A stretch of 64,000 nt of DNA from Squalus acanthias. Taxonomy: Eukaryota. The stretch covers positions 118,918,001 through 118,982,000 of the forward strand of contig CM059432.1 in assembly GCA_030390025.1 (NCBI GenBank), read 5' to 3'. Positions 50,936-62,899 of the stretch are shown here, piece after piece (the stretch's first letter is position 1; each line of letters opens with the position of its first letter). The translations under genes and the position numbers were made by a program. The notes beneath the pieces were generated by a model. The model was not told the origin of the DNA. It did not search any database and saw only the letters and a list, made by a program, of their open reading frames with translations.

Positions 50936-52333
50936 AAGTATATCAAACAAGACCAACAACAACTTGCATTTATATAGAGCTTTTAACATAGTAAAATGTG
51001 CTAAGGTGTGTCACACCCAAACTCCTCCATCACCATCCCTGGGTATGTCCTGTCCCACCGGCAGGACAGACCCACCAGGGGTGGCGGCACAGTGGTAAAC
51101 AGTCGGGAAGGAGTGGCCCTGGGAGTCCTCAACACTGACTCTGGACCCCATGAAGTCTCATGGCTTCAGGCCAAGCATGGGCAAGGAAACCTCCTGCTGA
51201 TTACCACCTACCACCCTCTCTCAGCTGATGAATCAGTACTCCTCCATGTTGAACACCACTTGGAAGACGCACTGAGAGTAGCAAGGGCACAGAATGTACT
51301 CTGGGTGGGGGACTTCAATGTCCATCACCAAGAGTGCCTCGGTAGCACCACTACTGACCGAGCTGGCTGAGTCCTGAAGGACATAGCTACCAGTCTGGGC
51401 CTGAGACAGGTGGTGAGAGAGCCAACACGAGGGAAAAACCTACTTGACCTTGTCCTCACCAATCTACCTGTCGCAGATGCATCTGTCCATGACAGTATTG
51501 GTAGCAGTGACAGTCATTGTGGAAATGAAGTCCCGTCTTCACATTGAGGACACCCTCCATCGTGTTGTGTGGCACTACCACCATGCTAAATGGGATAGAT
51601 TCAGAACAGATCTAGCAGCTCAAAACTGGGCATCCGTGAGGCACTGTGGGCCATCAGCAGCAGCAGAATTGTATTCCACCACAATCTGTAACCTCATGGC
51701 CCAGCATATCCCTCACTCTACCATTACCATCAAGCCAGGGTATCAACCCTGGTTCAATAAGGAGTGCAGAAGAGCATGCCAGGAGCAGCACCAGGCGTAC
51801 CTAAAAATGAGGTGCCAACCTGGGGAAACTGCAACACAGGACTACATGCATGCTAAAAAGCAGAAGCAGCATGCTATAGACAGGGCTAAGCGATCCCACA
51901 ATCAACAGATCAGATCAAAGCTCTGCAGTCCTGCCACATCCAGTCGTGAATGGTGGTGGACCATTAAACAACTAACAGGAGGAGGAGGCTCCATGAATAT
52001 CCCCATCCTCAATGATGGTGGAGCCCAGCACGTGAGTGCAAAAGACAAGGCTGAAGAGTTTGCAACCATCTTCAGCCAGAAGTGCCAAGTGGATGCTCCA
52101 TATCGGCCTACTTCTGAGGTCCCCACCATCACAGAAGCCAATCTTCAGCCAATTCGATTCACTCCATGTGACATCAAGAAACGGCTGAGCGCACTGGATA
52201 CAGCAAAGGCTATGGGCCCCGACAACATCACGGCTATCGTGCTGAAGACTTGTGCTCCAGAACTAGCCGTGCCTCTAGCCAAGCTGTTCCAGTACAGCTA
52301 CGGACACAGGTACTCAGGCTGGGCGCGGCCCCG

Positions 52334-53952
52334 TCACAGTGGGGGTGCAGACGCTCTGGGTCCTCTGTCACCCACAGCAGCATCCAGTTTCCCTTTATCC
52401 TTGCCCATAACCTGCTGTAATGCGGCCACTATGATTTTTACTGGGTCGTCTTCTACCTTCCCTTGCTTCGTCTCTACCTCGGGATCCTCGTGCCCTGGTT
52501 TCCCCCCTTTCGGGAGCTTACACTCCTTACTCCAGTGCCCCAACTTCCCACAGTTAAAACACGCCTGGGATCTCCCCGCATTACTTCCCGCCTGTCTCCA
52601 TTCCCTTTTACTCCTCACATTCCCTTTTACATCGTGCACCTTCCCTCTGTGGTTCTCCTCTTCCCCTTGTCCTGACTTGAAAGCTAGAGTCAGCTTCCTC
52701 AGCACCCCCACCTCCGTATTGTGGAGGTCCTCTGGGTCAACCCATGACTCGGCCTTTGCCCTGATTCGTGGCAAACTGTTGGACACTACGGTCCTCAGCC
52801 AATGATTCCTGGGAGCCCCTCTTAAGTCTGCGCGTACTAGATCTCCTCCAGTCGGCCACAATCTATCTGCAAACGTATCTGGCGACTCGCCTGCCTGCTG
52901 CCTAGTCTGCTCCACCTGCAAGAACGGATTACCTTAGTGCCCTAGTGCTACCAAGATCTCATCTTTAAGCCGTGGATGGTTCCTCCCCCTAACCTAGTGG
53001 CTGCCGACAAACTCTGATATAGCTTCCCATCTAGGGAGAACAGTACCAACTTCCTCATCTCCTCCTCGTTGCAGTTATTAATGCCCCCTACCTGCTCTAC
53101 ATTGGCGAAATGAACGGAGGCGTCCCCTCCCTGCTTTAATTTAGCCACACTCGTCAGCATTTCCTGTAGCTGAAGCGGGGTAAATGGGAGCACATAATCG
53201 CTCTGCAACAGCGCCGGGCCACCATCCACTGGTGGCGGACCGAACTTCTGCTGTCGTCGGGGACACATCGGTCTCGGTGGTCCCGGTGCTTCAGGAGCCG
53301 GCTGATGCTCGCTATACGGGGGCCCATCATCTGATTCTTTACCCTCCATATCCCAGTCTTCCCCAACTTCTCCAGACACCATTAGACAAACCATCCCTCT
53401 GGCCCCAGATAGTTTTAAGGTCAACTTACTGATCTTTTCATTACAAGGCCTATGATCTGCCCCCTTATAACCCTGAGTTCGGGCTACTCTATACACTACC
53501 TTGATATCTTTCAATCGTTTCTCCGCCTCTTCGCCTCTTTCTAGATTCCTTTCACTTTGTTCGCAGTGAGTCTGACACTGCCTCTTACCCTCTGTCACCT
53601 GACATTGTAAGTATTCTAGATTGTTCTGCGCCCTCTCCTCCTTGATCTTTCTCTCCTGCCTTTCCTCGCTTAAATCTTTCGTCAGTCGCTCTATGACGGC
53701 GTCCTTATCGCTTGCCTTGGTTTCTAGTTCCCTTTTCTCATCTTCCAGCTGTTTCACCTTTTCCCTGAGAATCGAGGTTTACTTCTGTAGACACAGTAGC
53801 CAAATCGCCTTCTCTCTCGTTCTTTTATGGTTACTACTAACCGTCCACTCTGCTGCTTTTTCCTGCGGATCCTCAGATTGTAACATTTCTCATGCCCATG
53901 GCTCAGAAATGTTTAACTTGTTACATATATACGAGGCCACCTTAGCATCCAT
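52334..53952 (-). pseudogene. gag: gag pseudogene (coiled-coil N-terminus, capsid MHR-like motif, CCHC zinc knuckle), with in-frame stops and frameshifts
   Basis: Possible start MDAKVASYICNKLNISEPW; EK-rich coiled coil; QQAGESPDTFADRL; CFNCGKLGHWSKEC (CX2CX4HX4C); ends ASAPPL-stop. Confidence 0.82.
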
Positions 53953-54862
53953 AGACATAGAAACATAGAAACACAGAAACATAGAAGATAGGAGCAGGAG
54001 TAGGCCATTCGGCCCCTCGAGCCTGCTCCGCCATTCGATGAGATCATGGCTGATCATCCAAACTCAGTACCCTGTACCTGCCTTCTCCCCCTATCGCTTG
54101 ATACCTTTATCTTTAAGAAATATATCTAACTCATTCTTCAATATATTTAATGACTTGGCCTCAACTACCTTCTGTGGTAGAGAATTCCACAGGTTCACCA
54201 CGCTCTGGGTGAAGAAATTCTTCCTCATTTCTGTCCTAAATGGCTTACCCCTTATCCTTAGATTATGACCCCTGGTTCTGGACTCTCCGACCATCGGGAA
54301 CATTCTTCCTGCATCTAGTTTGTCCAGACCTGTCAGAATTTTATATGTTTCGATGAGATCCCCTCTCATTCTTCTATACTCCAGCGAGTTTAAGCCCAAT
54401 CGACCCAATCTCTCCTCATATGTCATTCCTGACATCCCAGGTATCAGCCTTGTGAATCTTTGCTGAACTCCTTCCATGGCAAGAACATCCTTCCTCAGAT
54501 AAGGCGACCAAAACTGCACACAGTACTCAAGGTGTGGTCTCACCAAGGCCCTGTACAACTGCAGCAGGACATCCCTGTTCGTATACTCAAACCCTTTCGC
54601 TATGAAGGCCAACATACCATTTGCCTTCTTCACCGCCTGCTGCACCTGCATGCTTACCTTCAGCGACTGGTGCACAAGGACACCCAGGTCTCGTTGCACT
54701 TCCCCTTCTCCCAATCTATTGCCATTCAGATAATAGTCTGCCTTTCTGTTTTTGACACCAAAGTGGATAACCTCGCATTTATCCACATTATATTGCATCT
54801 GCAACTCTTCTGCCCAATCACCCAACCTGTCCAAATCATCCTGGAGTTTCTCGGTATCCTCC
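53951..54862 (-). mobile_element. Young CR1 3' fragment inserted at the 5' end of gag
   Basis: 257-aa open frame LQDDLDRL..LVRPHLEYCVQFWSP..WNSLPQ; (CATAGAAA)n tail. Confidence 0.93.
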
Positions 54863-54960
54863 ACGCAGCCTTCCTACAGCTACTACTAACCGCCCACTCT
54901 GCTGCTTTCTCCTGCGGAGGTACATCATTTCTTTTGCCCCTGGCTCAGAAATGTTTACTT

Positions 54961-55120
54961 TGGCTACCTTAGCCACCATGAGACTACCTTAGCCACCCTG
55001 AGACTACCTTAGCCACCATGAGACTACCTTAGCCACCCTGAGACTACCTTAGCCACCATGAGACTACCTTAGCCACCCTGAGACTACCTTAGCCTCCCTG
55101 AGACTACCTAAGCCTCCCTA
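54961..55120. repeat. 20-bp tandem repeat x8 (AGACTACCTTAGCCACC[A/C]TG) in the LTR-element leader
   Basis: Directly visible; A/C alternation in the first six units gives a 40-bp higher-order unit. Confidence 0.95.
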
Positions 55121-55191
55121 GGGTTTGTTGCCCTTACTTTGTGCCTTATTTTGTTCCACACCTCAAGAGTCCTGCCGTGGTCACGAAGTTA

Positions 55192-55599
55192 TGTAAGGTG
55201 TTTGGTTTCCTTGTCCTTACAAGGGTTCTTTCACTCTGGGTTTTACAAGAACAAAATGGTAGACGACACAAAGGTTTAGGTTCAACCCAAAACTGTTAGT
55301 TTATTAAAACCAACAAAACACAGACAAAAAACCCTGTCGAGATTTGGCTGAAACTTACAATCACCCATCCGGCCGGTCGTTACCGTTGTGGATTGTGGGC
55401 CTGGATCGGAGATGACCTGTCCCCGTCCTCCTTTATCTGACTGCAGCTGCCTACACAGCGCAAACCCCTTGCAGAGTCAACTGATACTTACAATCACCCG
55501 TCCGGCTGGTCGTGGCCGACGTCGATTGCAGGCTGGGAGCTGGAGATGACCGTCTTCCCTTCCTTCTTACACCTGGCAGTTGCTGTAGTCAGAGCTAGC

Positions 55600-55634
<35 letters not shown>

Positions 55635-56405
55635 GTGGTGTGGTTCCTTCTTACAGCTCTTCCATCACGCCTTTTCGAGTCTGGGCCTTCCCCCAACTCT
55701 TGTTTTCCAATGCACACCTAGTAATCCAAACCACAGGATATGTACAGGGCTGAGGGATGGAAGATAATTCCTTATCTTGTCTCCCCTCCCCCCCCCCCCC
55801 CATGATACATATTTAATGTGATTTAGTCTTACTGCTGATGTGTTTTGCCCAAGGTTAAAGTGTTTTCCATTGAGACCAGTCCATTGTTCCAGCGAAACTG
55901 GTATCATTGTCTTATCCATTGAAGACCCATTGAAACCCATTAAAACACAAAGGGCTGGATTTTGAATGACCCATGGAGTCAGGTTTGGAGGCGTGTGGGG
56001 TGTTAAATTTGCGGGGTCAGGGTTTCCGACCCTATCCCGACTCCATCCCGCCTCCACGCAATTTTGACATAATCAGTCGCGGGGTTCCCGATTCCGTCCC
56101 GCCTCCAAGAGGCGGGAGAGGCCATTCAAGCCCTTAACAAGCTCTAAATTGGCTCTGTAATGCCATTTTGAAACGCTGTAGCTAGTTTAACCCTCTTCTG
56201 ATGTGAAGCACGCCTGGTGTGAAACACTCCAGTGAAACCTGGCGGGAGCACAAGTGGATAGCTGACTATCGGCTGCAAGTGCACTATTACAACAGAGATG
56301 TGATGAAGGTGGTAGTAGTAGTATTAGGTCTGAACATTGCCTCTGATGCTGCTGCATTGAATGTCTTAAGAGACTGCCTGGGAGGACTTACTTGGCAAAA
56401 AAATT

Positions 56406-56442
<37 letters not shown>

Positions 56443-56930
56443 TCCCTCCCCCATTTTTGCATCCAGGTCCACTCACATCAAAAGCCAGGCAAGTCCTCTC
56501 TCTCCAACAGTCTCTGAGACTAGGCAGTCGGTAATGATGACATCATCAGAGGCGACTTTCAGACTGAAAACACTAATTAGTTCATGGGTTCCCACATGCT
56601 CCAACTCAATTGCCCAATTAGGTGAAAATTGCATCAGGCACCCACGTTAATCTGGAGTCGGGGGGAAACACGATATGCGGATTACACAACCCCAACCCGA
56701 CCCCAAGACAAAATCCAGCCCAAAGTCTCATTGTCCAAAGTTAAATCACCTATTCACCGTTAAATCACCTATCGAGACGCTCATTGTCCAAAGTAAATGT
56801 CTTTTCCAAAGTTAATTTAAAACTCACAGGTGTGTCTGTGCTTCTAGGTTTAACTGTATCACGCCCTTACCACTGGGCCAAACAGGCTTCCAGCATTTTG
56901 CTATTGTACAGGGTTTTTTTGAAATCTACA
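55192..56930 (-). mobile_element. LTR (~970 bp after removing the nested MITE)
   Basis: TGTA...TACA termini; AATAAA on the minus strand at 55300-05; ~70-bp internal direct repeat (55353 / 55487); the host LINE resumes immediately after 56930. Confidence 0.72.
55952..56721. mobile_element. Harbinger-type MITE (770 bp) inside the LTR
   Basis: Perfect 13-bp TIR GGGCTGGATTTTG / CAAAATCCAGCCC, AAA TSD. Confidence 0.88.
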
Positions 56931-58751
56931 TTATGTCCTCTCCACAAAAAGCAGGAGAAATCCAATCTGGCTAATTACCGCCCCATCAGTCTGCTCTCAA
57001 TCATCAGCAAAGTGATGGAAGGTGTCAACGACAATGCTATCAAGCGGCACTTACTCACCAATAACGTGCTCACTGATGCTCAGATTGGGTTCCGCTAAGA
57101 CCACTCAGCTCCCGACATGGACAAAGGAGCTGAATTCCAGAGGTGAGGTGATAATAACTGCCCTTGACATCAAGGCAGCATTTGACCGAGTGTGACATGA
57201 AGGAGCCCTAGTAAAACTGAAGTCAATGGGAATTGGGGGGAAAACTCTCCACTGGCTGGAGTCATACGTTACACAAAGGAAGATGGTTGTAGTGGTTGAA
57301 GGTCAATCATCACAGCCCCAGGACATCGCTGCAGGAGTTCCTCAGGGCAATGTCCTAGGCCCAACCATCTTCAGCTGCTTCATCAATGACCTTTCCTCCA
57401 ACATAAGGTCAGAAATGGGGATGTTCGCTGACGACTGCACAGTGTTCAATGCCATTCGCAACTCCTCAGATAATGAAGCAGTTCATGCCCGCATGCAACA
57501 AGACCTGGATGACGTTCAGGCGTGGACTGATAAGTGGCAGGTAACATTCGCGCTACAGAAGTGCCAGGCAATGACAATCTGCAACAAGCGAGAGTCTAAT
57601 CACCGCCCCTTGACATTCAATGGCATTACCATCACCGAATCCTCCACCATCAACATCCTGGGGGTCACCATTGACCAGAAACTTAACTGGACCAGCCACA
57701 TAAATACTGTGGCAACAAGAGCAGGTCAGATGCTGGGTATTCTGCGGCGAGTGTCTCACCTCCTGACTCCCCAAAGTCTTTCCACGATCTACAAGGCACA
57801 AGTCAGGAGTGTGATGGAATACTCTCCACTTGCCTGGATGAGTGCAGCTCCAACAACACTCAAGAAGCTCGACACCATCCATGACAAAGCAGCCCACTTG
57901 ATTGGCACCCCATCCACCACCTTAAACATTGACTCCCTCCACCACCGACGTACCTTGGCTGCAGTGTGTACCATCTTTTTTAATTAGTTTATGGGATGTG
58001 GGCATCGCTGGCAAGGCCAGCATTTATTGCTAATCCCTAATTGCTCTTGAGAAGGTGGTGGTGAGCTGCCTTCTTGAACCGCTGCAGTCTGTGTGGTGAA
58101 GGTACTTCACAGTGCTGTTAGGTAGAGATTTCCAGGATTTTGACGCAGCGACCATGAAGGATTGGCGATATACTTCTAAGCAACTCGCCAAGGCTTCTTT
58201 GGCAGCAGCTCCCAAACCTGCGACCTCTTCCACCGAGAAGGACAAGGGCGGCAGGCGTATGGGAACACCACCACCTCCAAGTTGCCCTCCAAGTCACACA
58301 CCATCCTGACTTGGAAACATATCGCCGATCCTTCATCGTCGCTGGGTCAAAATCCTGGAACTCCCTCCTTGACAGCACTGTGGGAGTACCTTCACCACAC
58401 GGACTGCAGCGGTTCAAGAAGGCGGCTCACCACCACCTTCTCAAGTGCAATTAGGGATGGGGAATAAATGCTGGCCTTGACAGCGACGCCCACATCCCAT
58501 AAAAATGAATTAAAAAAAAACTGGAGCATAATCAGGCACCGAGCCAAAGAAGGAGACATTAGTACAGTTGACCTGACGCTTTGTCAAAGAGCTAGGTTTT
58601 AAGAGGGTTTTAAAGGTGTTGAGAGAGGTTTAGGGGAGGAATTCCAGAGCTTAGACGGCTGAAAGCAAGGTCACCAATGGTGGGGTGATGGAAGTGAGGG
58701 ATGGACAAGAGGCCAGATTTGGAGGAACGCAGAGTTCTCGAGGGTTGTAGA

Positions 58752-58895
58752 CATTGTTCCCTCTCGGCTGCGCAGTGATGGGAAAGATCCCCAGCTTTTC
58801 CATTGTAAATACCACGCATGCACAGAAATTGAAAGAGACCACGCATTAAAACTAACAGGCCATGCAGAACAAAGCGCAACTTACAGTGAACGTTG
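58752..58895. mobile_element. Short hAT-like MITE inside an L2
   Basis: 8-bp flanks GTTGTAGA / GTTGTAGG; degenerate TIR CATTGTTCCCTCT / ACAGTGAACGTTG. Confidence 0.65.
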
Positions 58896-59368
58896 GTTGT
58901 AGGGCTGGAGGAGGTTACAGAGACAGTGAGGGGCGAGGCCACGGACGGATTTGAACACTAGGATAAGAATTTTAAATTTGATGCATTAGTGGACCAGGAG
59001 CCAATGTAGGTCAGTAAATAAAGGGTTCATGGGTGAATGGGACTTGGAGCGAGTAAGAATATGTGCAGTAGAGTTTTTGATGACCTCAAGTTCATGGAGG
59101 GTGAAAACTGGGAGGCCGGCCAGAAGAACATTGGAATAGTCGAGTCTAGAGGTAACAAAGGCATGGATGAGGCTTTCAACTGCAAATGGGCTGAGGCATG
59201 GGCAGAGACGGGTGTAATTCCAGAGGTGGAAGTAGGTAGTCTTGGTGATGGAGAGGATATGGGGTCGGAAGCTCAGCTGAGTGTCAAATAGGAGGCCAAG
59301 GTTGCAAACAGTCTGGTTCAGCCTGAGACAGTTGCCAGAGAGGTGGGTGGAAAGTGGCTATAGAACGA

Positions 59369-59640
59369 TAATAACTTGCATTTATGTAGCACCTTATCAC
59401 GTCTTCAGGGCATCATAAAATCCTTCATGTAAAATCAATTTTGAAGTACTGTCGCTGTTATGTTGTGAAACATGGCAGCTAATTTGTACAATGCAAAATC
59501 TCACAAGCAATAAATGAGATGAAAGACCTATCTGTTTTTGGTGATGAGAGAGAAATGTTGTTGGAACATTTGCAGAACTCTCTGGTCCTCTTTGAATAGT
59601 GTCACGGGATCTTTTACATCCACCTGGAGAGTTTGACAGC
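59369..59640 (-). mobile_element. DeuSINE-like SINE fragment with L2-type tail
   Basis: AATAGTGTCACGGGATCTTTTACATCCACCTG resembles the Deu core domain (SacSINE1/AmnSINE1) as recalled; tail AACTTGCATTTATGTAGCACC. Confidence 0.65.
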
Positions 59641-60238
59641 CTGTACATAGATGCAGCGGCATAACAATTATTGTTTCATATTTGTAACACGCAAGTTAAA
59701 TGATTTTGCTCTCATAGAAGAGATACTGGGATTTATTCAATTTTTTAACTTAACCTTGCATTTTGATTTGTCATTATAAAATCGTTTTTGTAGTATATTT
59801 GAAAAGAAGTGTGCCCAAGAAAACAAAGGTGCTGTGCTATGACTAATATTCTTTTGAATTTAAAAGACTTAGTTTTACAGGTTTTCAGATAGTGTTGCAG
59901 CATTAAATTATTATTATTGGAAAAATGTTTTTGAAACCGGTTTGAGTCCTTTGTTTCCAAAGGGACACTCGATCTGGTCTGTCTGTCGCTTCTGGTACGG
60001 AACATTATGGACACCTTGTCCAGCAAGCATGACAGGATAAACTCAAAATGGAGAATCCACCCTATTGCAGTGGTCATAACAGGGCATATAAACGGTGCCC
60101 AAGTTTGTGATTAGGGGGAGGGCAATGGGGCAAAGTAAATTTCAGCCTGCAGCTAGAGAGGGGTTTGGTGGCTGAAAGTGTCTCACTACCTATAGATGCT
60201 TTTGAACTTACTTGTGTTTCTCCCTGTTTCTTTTCCAG

Positions 60239-60352
60239 CCCCCTGTGAAGCTAGCGCTTTCTTTTGTCACAGCAACATGTGCATCAATGACACATTGGTC
60301 TGCAATGGCGTGCAAAACTGCGTGTATCCCTGGGACGAAAATCACTGCAAAG
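60239..60352 (+). CDS. NETO1: NETO1 internal coding exon (LDL-receptor class A module), 114 nt, phase 1 to 1
   Basis: TTTTCCAG acceptor ends at 60238, GTAAT donor at 60353. Splices in frame to the previous exon (..[41 protein letters not shown]). Confidence 0.95.
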
Positions 60353-62261
60353 GTAATAGCCTCTTCCCTTTTCCTTATGAAGAAATTGTCCAACTAAAAC
60401 ATGTGGATTGTTTTTCCTTTTCAACTTGCCCCACCTTCAAGCAAGATGTGTACTTTTAAAGGAGAGTGTGATGTACAACCGTAATCAATAATTTGGTTAA
60501 ATGCAAGCTGCATTTAAAATATATATATAGATATATATATATAATTAGCTCAACCAGCATTGGCTACATGAGATCCATTTTGGGTTACGCTGTGCTTTTT
60601 CCAATGGTAGCACTGTTTGAGTTACTGTGAAATTAGAAAAAACTGGAGAGAGATCTCTCTGTTATTGAGCAGGGAAATCTGCTGATCAGCTGACAAGAGA
60701 GGGCTGATAGTAGTACAATTTGTTGTAGACGCATATTAAAAAGTCTGAATTATTCACATCATTTAATTAAAGAGCAGACAGTGGTTCTGGATCTGTAGAA
60801 CAAAGTGCCGTGTTTCCTTGATTAATTGATTGATTGGCAGAGACATGTAAATTGATTTGCATCTCCACGGACAGATTTGTGTTACTCTTTGATTGTATTG
60901 TGTGAATTCTGTCTAGCTCCACACTGTATTTATTGTTGTGTATATCTGCAGCTTTATCAAGGTTATCGGAAAACTGAATTGGAAAGAAAGTACAACATGG
61001 TTTAACCTGTAAGAGGTTAGAAGTCGGACTCTGAAACAGTACTGGGGTCTTTCAAAAAGTGAATGCTTGAATTGTACAAGGCAGTTTAGAAACATGTCCC
61101 GTTCAGGCTCAATGAAGATTGGAGCAGGCGAGGACAAAAAATCTCCTGCATTTCCCATTTGAAAACAGAACTTTGATCAGAGTTTTTTGCGGGGAATCCT
61201 CTTCTTCAATCCCGTCCGAAATTGAAATTGGGCGGGAATGTGGCAGAGAATGAGGGAAAATTCAGGTATTGAGGCCTACCACTGCCTTACTGGTGCAACA
61301 AAGAATTCCTACCCCCTCCATTTCTGCAGCACTACCACTAGTTGATCTTACCCTGTCTGCTGCATGGTGGCAGGGGAGCGGGAAACAGAGGTTTCCCCCC
61401 CCCCCCCATCACCCGCCCCGTCTGCCTTACTTACCATCACTCCCCAGGGCCGCCATATGGAAGGTGTCCTAAGGGTCCAGGAAGAGACCATAAAGGCTTT
61501 GATGTCTGCCTGTGGAGGGAGAGCACAATGTAGTGGTGTCCTATTCCTCCAGTCAGCCCCAAACATTTACCAGCTGAGGGTCCAAAGCCTTTGGGTCACT
61601 TTTGCTCCTTTAATGTGTCTCACCAACTCACATGGTGATGCAGTGGCATCTCACTCCAGGACTTTCTACCCTCACACTGATGGGCTCCCACCTAGTGGCA
61701 AGAAACTCGCCAGGAGTCTGCCGTGCATTCTGAGCAACATTCCAAAACAACAAAATGGGTTGGGTTTCAACTTTTATGATCTTTCTTTTTACCTATTAGA
61801 TTTACTATAGCAGGTATTTAAATGAACTGTTCTGCCCTGTGACATTCTAATTTACATAGTTTTAATGTAGGTTTATTCTTTATGTGATGTATAAACTTAT
61901 CCCACACATGCAAACTTCAGATTTATACCAAGTGTGTTAGTTCATAACTTGAAAGCAGTACTGATGATGATGTCACATGACTTTAGGGGGCCATATTTTC
62001 CTCTGTTGGATAATAGTTACAAAGAAGTAGATGTGAGTGAAACAGTGGCAAAATATTGGCAGCAAGTGCTGGCAGACAGTTCATCTGTGTTTATCAGTGA
62101 TCTGAGGAATTATCTCTCCAAAGATCGATTAATAAATGTGAGCAGAAATTTTGGAGTGGAACGTTTTCTGCTTGTTAAAGCCTTATTAAGGTCATTAATG
62201 AGGAACTCATGTAATTTTCCACAGCTCTCCACTAACAAATTGAAAATGAGTTTCAGTTAGT

Positions 62262-62368
62262 GGGGTAGACATTCACCTTGGGGGTTCAATAGAATTGAAT
62301 ATCGGATAGGGCATATAACAGGCCATACCGCCTGTTTTTTGTGGCCACCCGAGATGAATTTCTACTCC
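62262..62368. mobile_element. Tiny Harbinger-type MITE remnant
   Basis: GGGGTAGACATTCA / TGAATTTCTACTCC inverted ends. Confidence 0.5.
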
Positions 62369-62899
62369 AGAGAGCTTGAAGAACAGGAAGATTTTGAAGT
62401 ATCCCACATCTGTCACAAAAGACAATAGCACGAGCCCAAATAGAAATGGAAGAGGGAAATTTGAAACACCCTAAATGAAGTTCAGTTCATGTGAGGGACT
62501 AGAGTGAAAGAGAAAGGAGCCTCCGGAACTCTTATTTCTAGTTTTGATTAGTCTTCATAGTCAGTGCGGAGTAGTTCTCAACTCATGTTAGTTCGGCTCA
62601 AGTACTGGGATGTTACCAGTAGGGCTCGAAAATGTTGCAAGGCAGCAGTTTGGCTCAGACTGGGTGAGTATTTACCCTACATATTGTGGGGGAGGGGAGA
62701 GCAAGGTAAAAGTGAACATTTGAAGGTCAGAGCAAAAGGCAAGGAAATGCAAATCAGTGCTGCTGTAATAAAGGAATATTAATCAGATTATTCAGCAAAT
62801 ATACATAGATTCAGATGCAACTACCTCATGCCGTGTTTATTGGTATCTTTGGCAGCTTTTATTTTCATTTACCAGATGCCCTTTATACCCTCAGACTTC

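Larger units (their letters stand above)
52301..56930 (-). mobile_element. Truncated LTR retroelement (5' LTR, leader, gag; pol and 3' LTR absent)
   Basis: LTR at 55192-56930, 20-bp leader repeats, gag with CCHC knuckle. Interrupts the family-B LINE. Confidence 0.82.
51013..58520 (+). mobile_element. Long family-B LINE ORF2 (APE + RT), interrupted by an LTR element (52301-56930) and an inverted self 3' end (57975-58178)
   Basis: HRQDRPTRGGG..WVGDFNVHH; KAMGPDNI..LAKLFQYSY | KSNLANYRPISLLS; GVPQGNVLGP..MFADDCTVF; A tail near 58505-58520. Confidence 0.9.
50953..59360 (-). mobile_element. Old L2 3' fragment split in two (50953-51012 and 58521-59360) by the family-B LINE
   Basis: Tail AACAACAACTTGCATTTATATAG..GTGTGTCACA continues as GAGC..CACCGAGCCAAAGAAGGAGACATTAG, collinear with the L2 starting at 44466. 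Confidence 0.75.

Noticed and set aside
51444..52805. 453-aa ORF as a novel fusion gene
   Set aside because: LINE ORF2 reading through the insertion junction (~52300) into antisense gag sequence.
55603..55632. (GA)n and similar short microsatellites (also about 29334 and 56412)
   Set aside because: Ordinary simple repeats inside mobile elements.
32759..60352. NETO2 instead of NETO1
   Set aside because: Residues such as [30 protein letters not shown] and TSFQEPPCE fit NETO1 better as recalled; not confirmed by a search.
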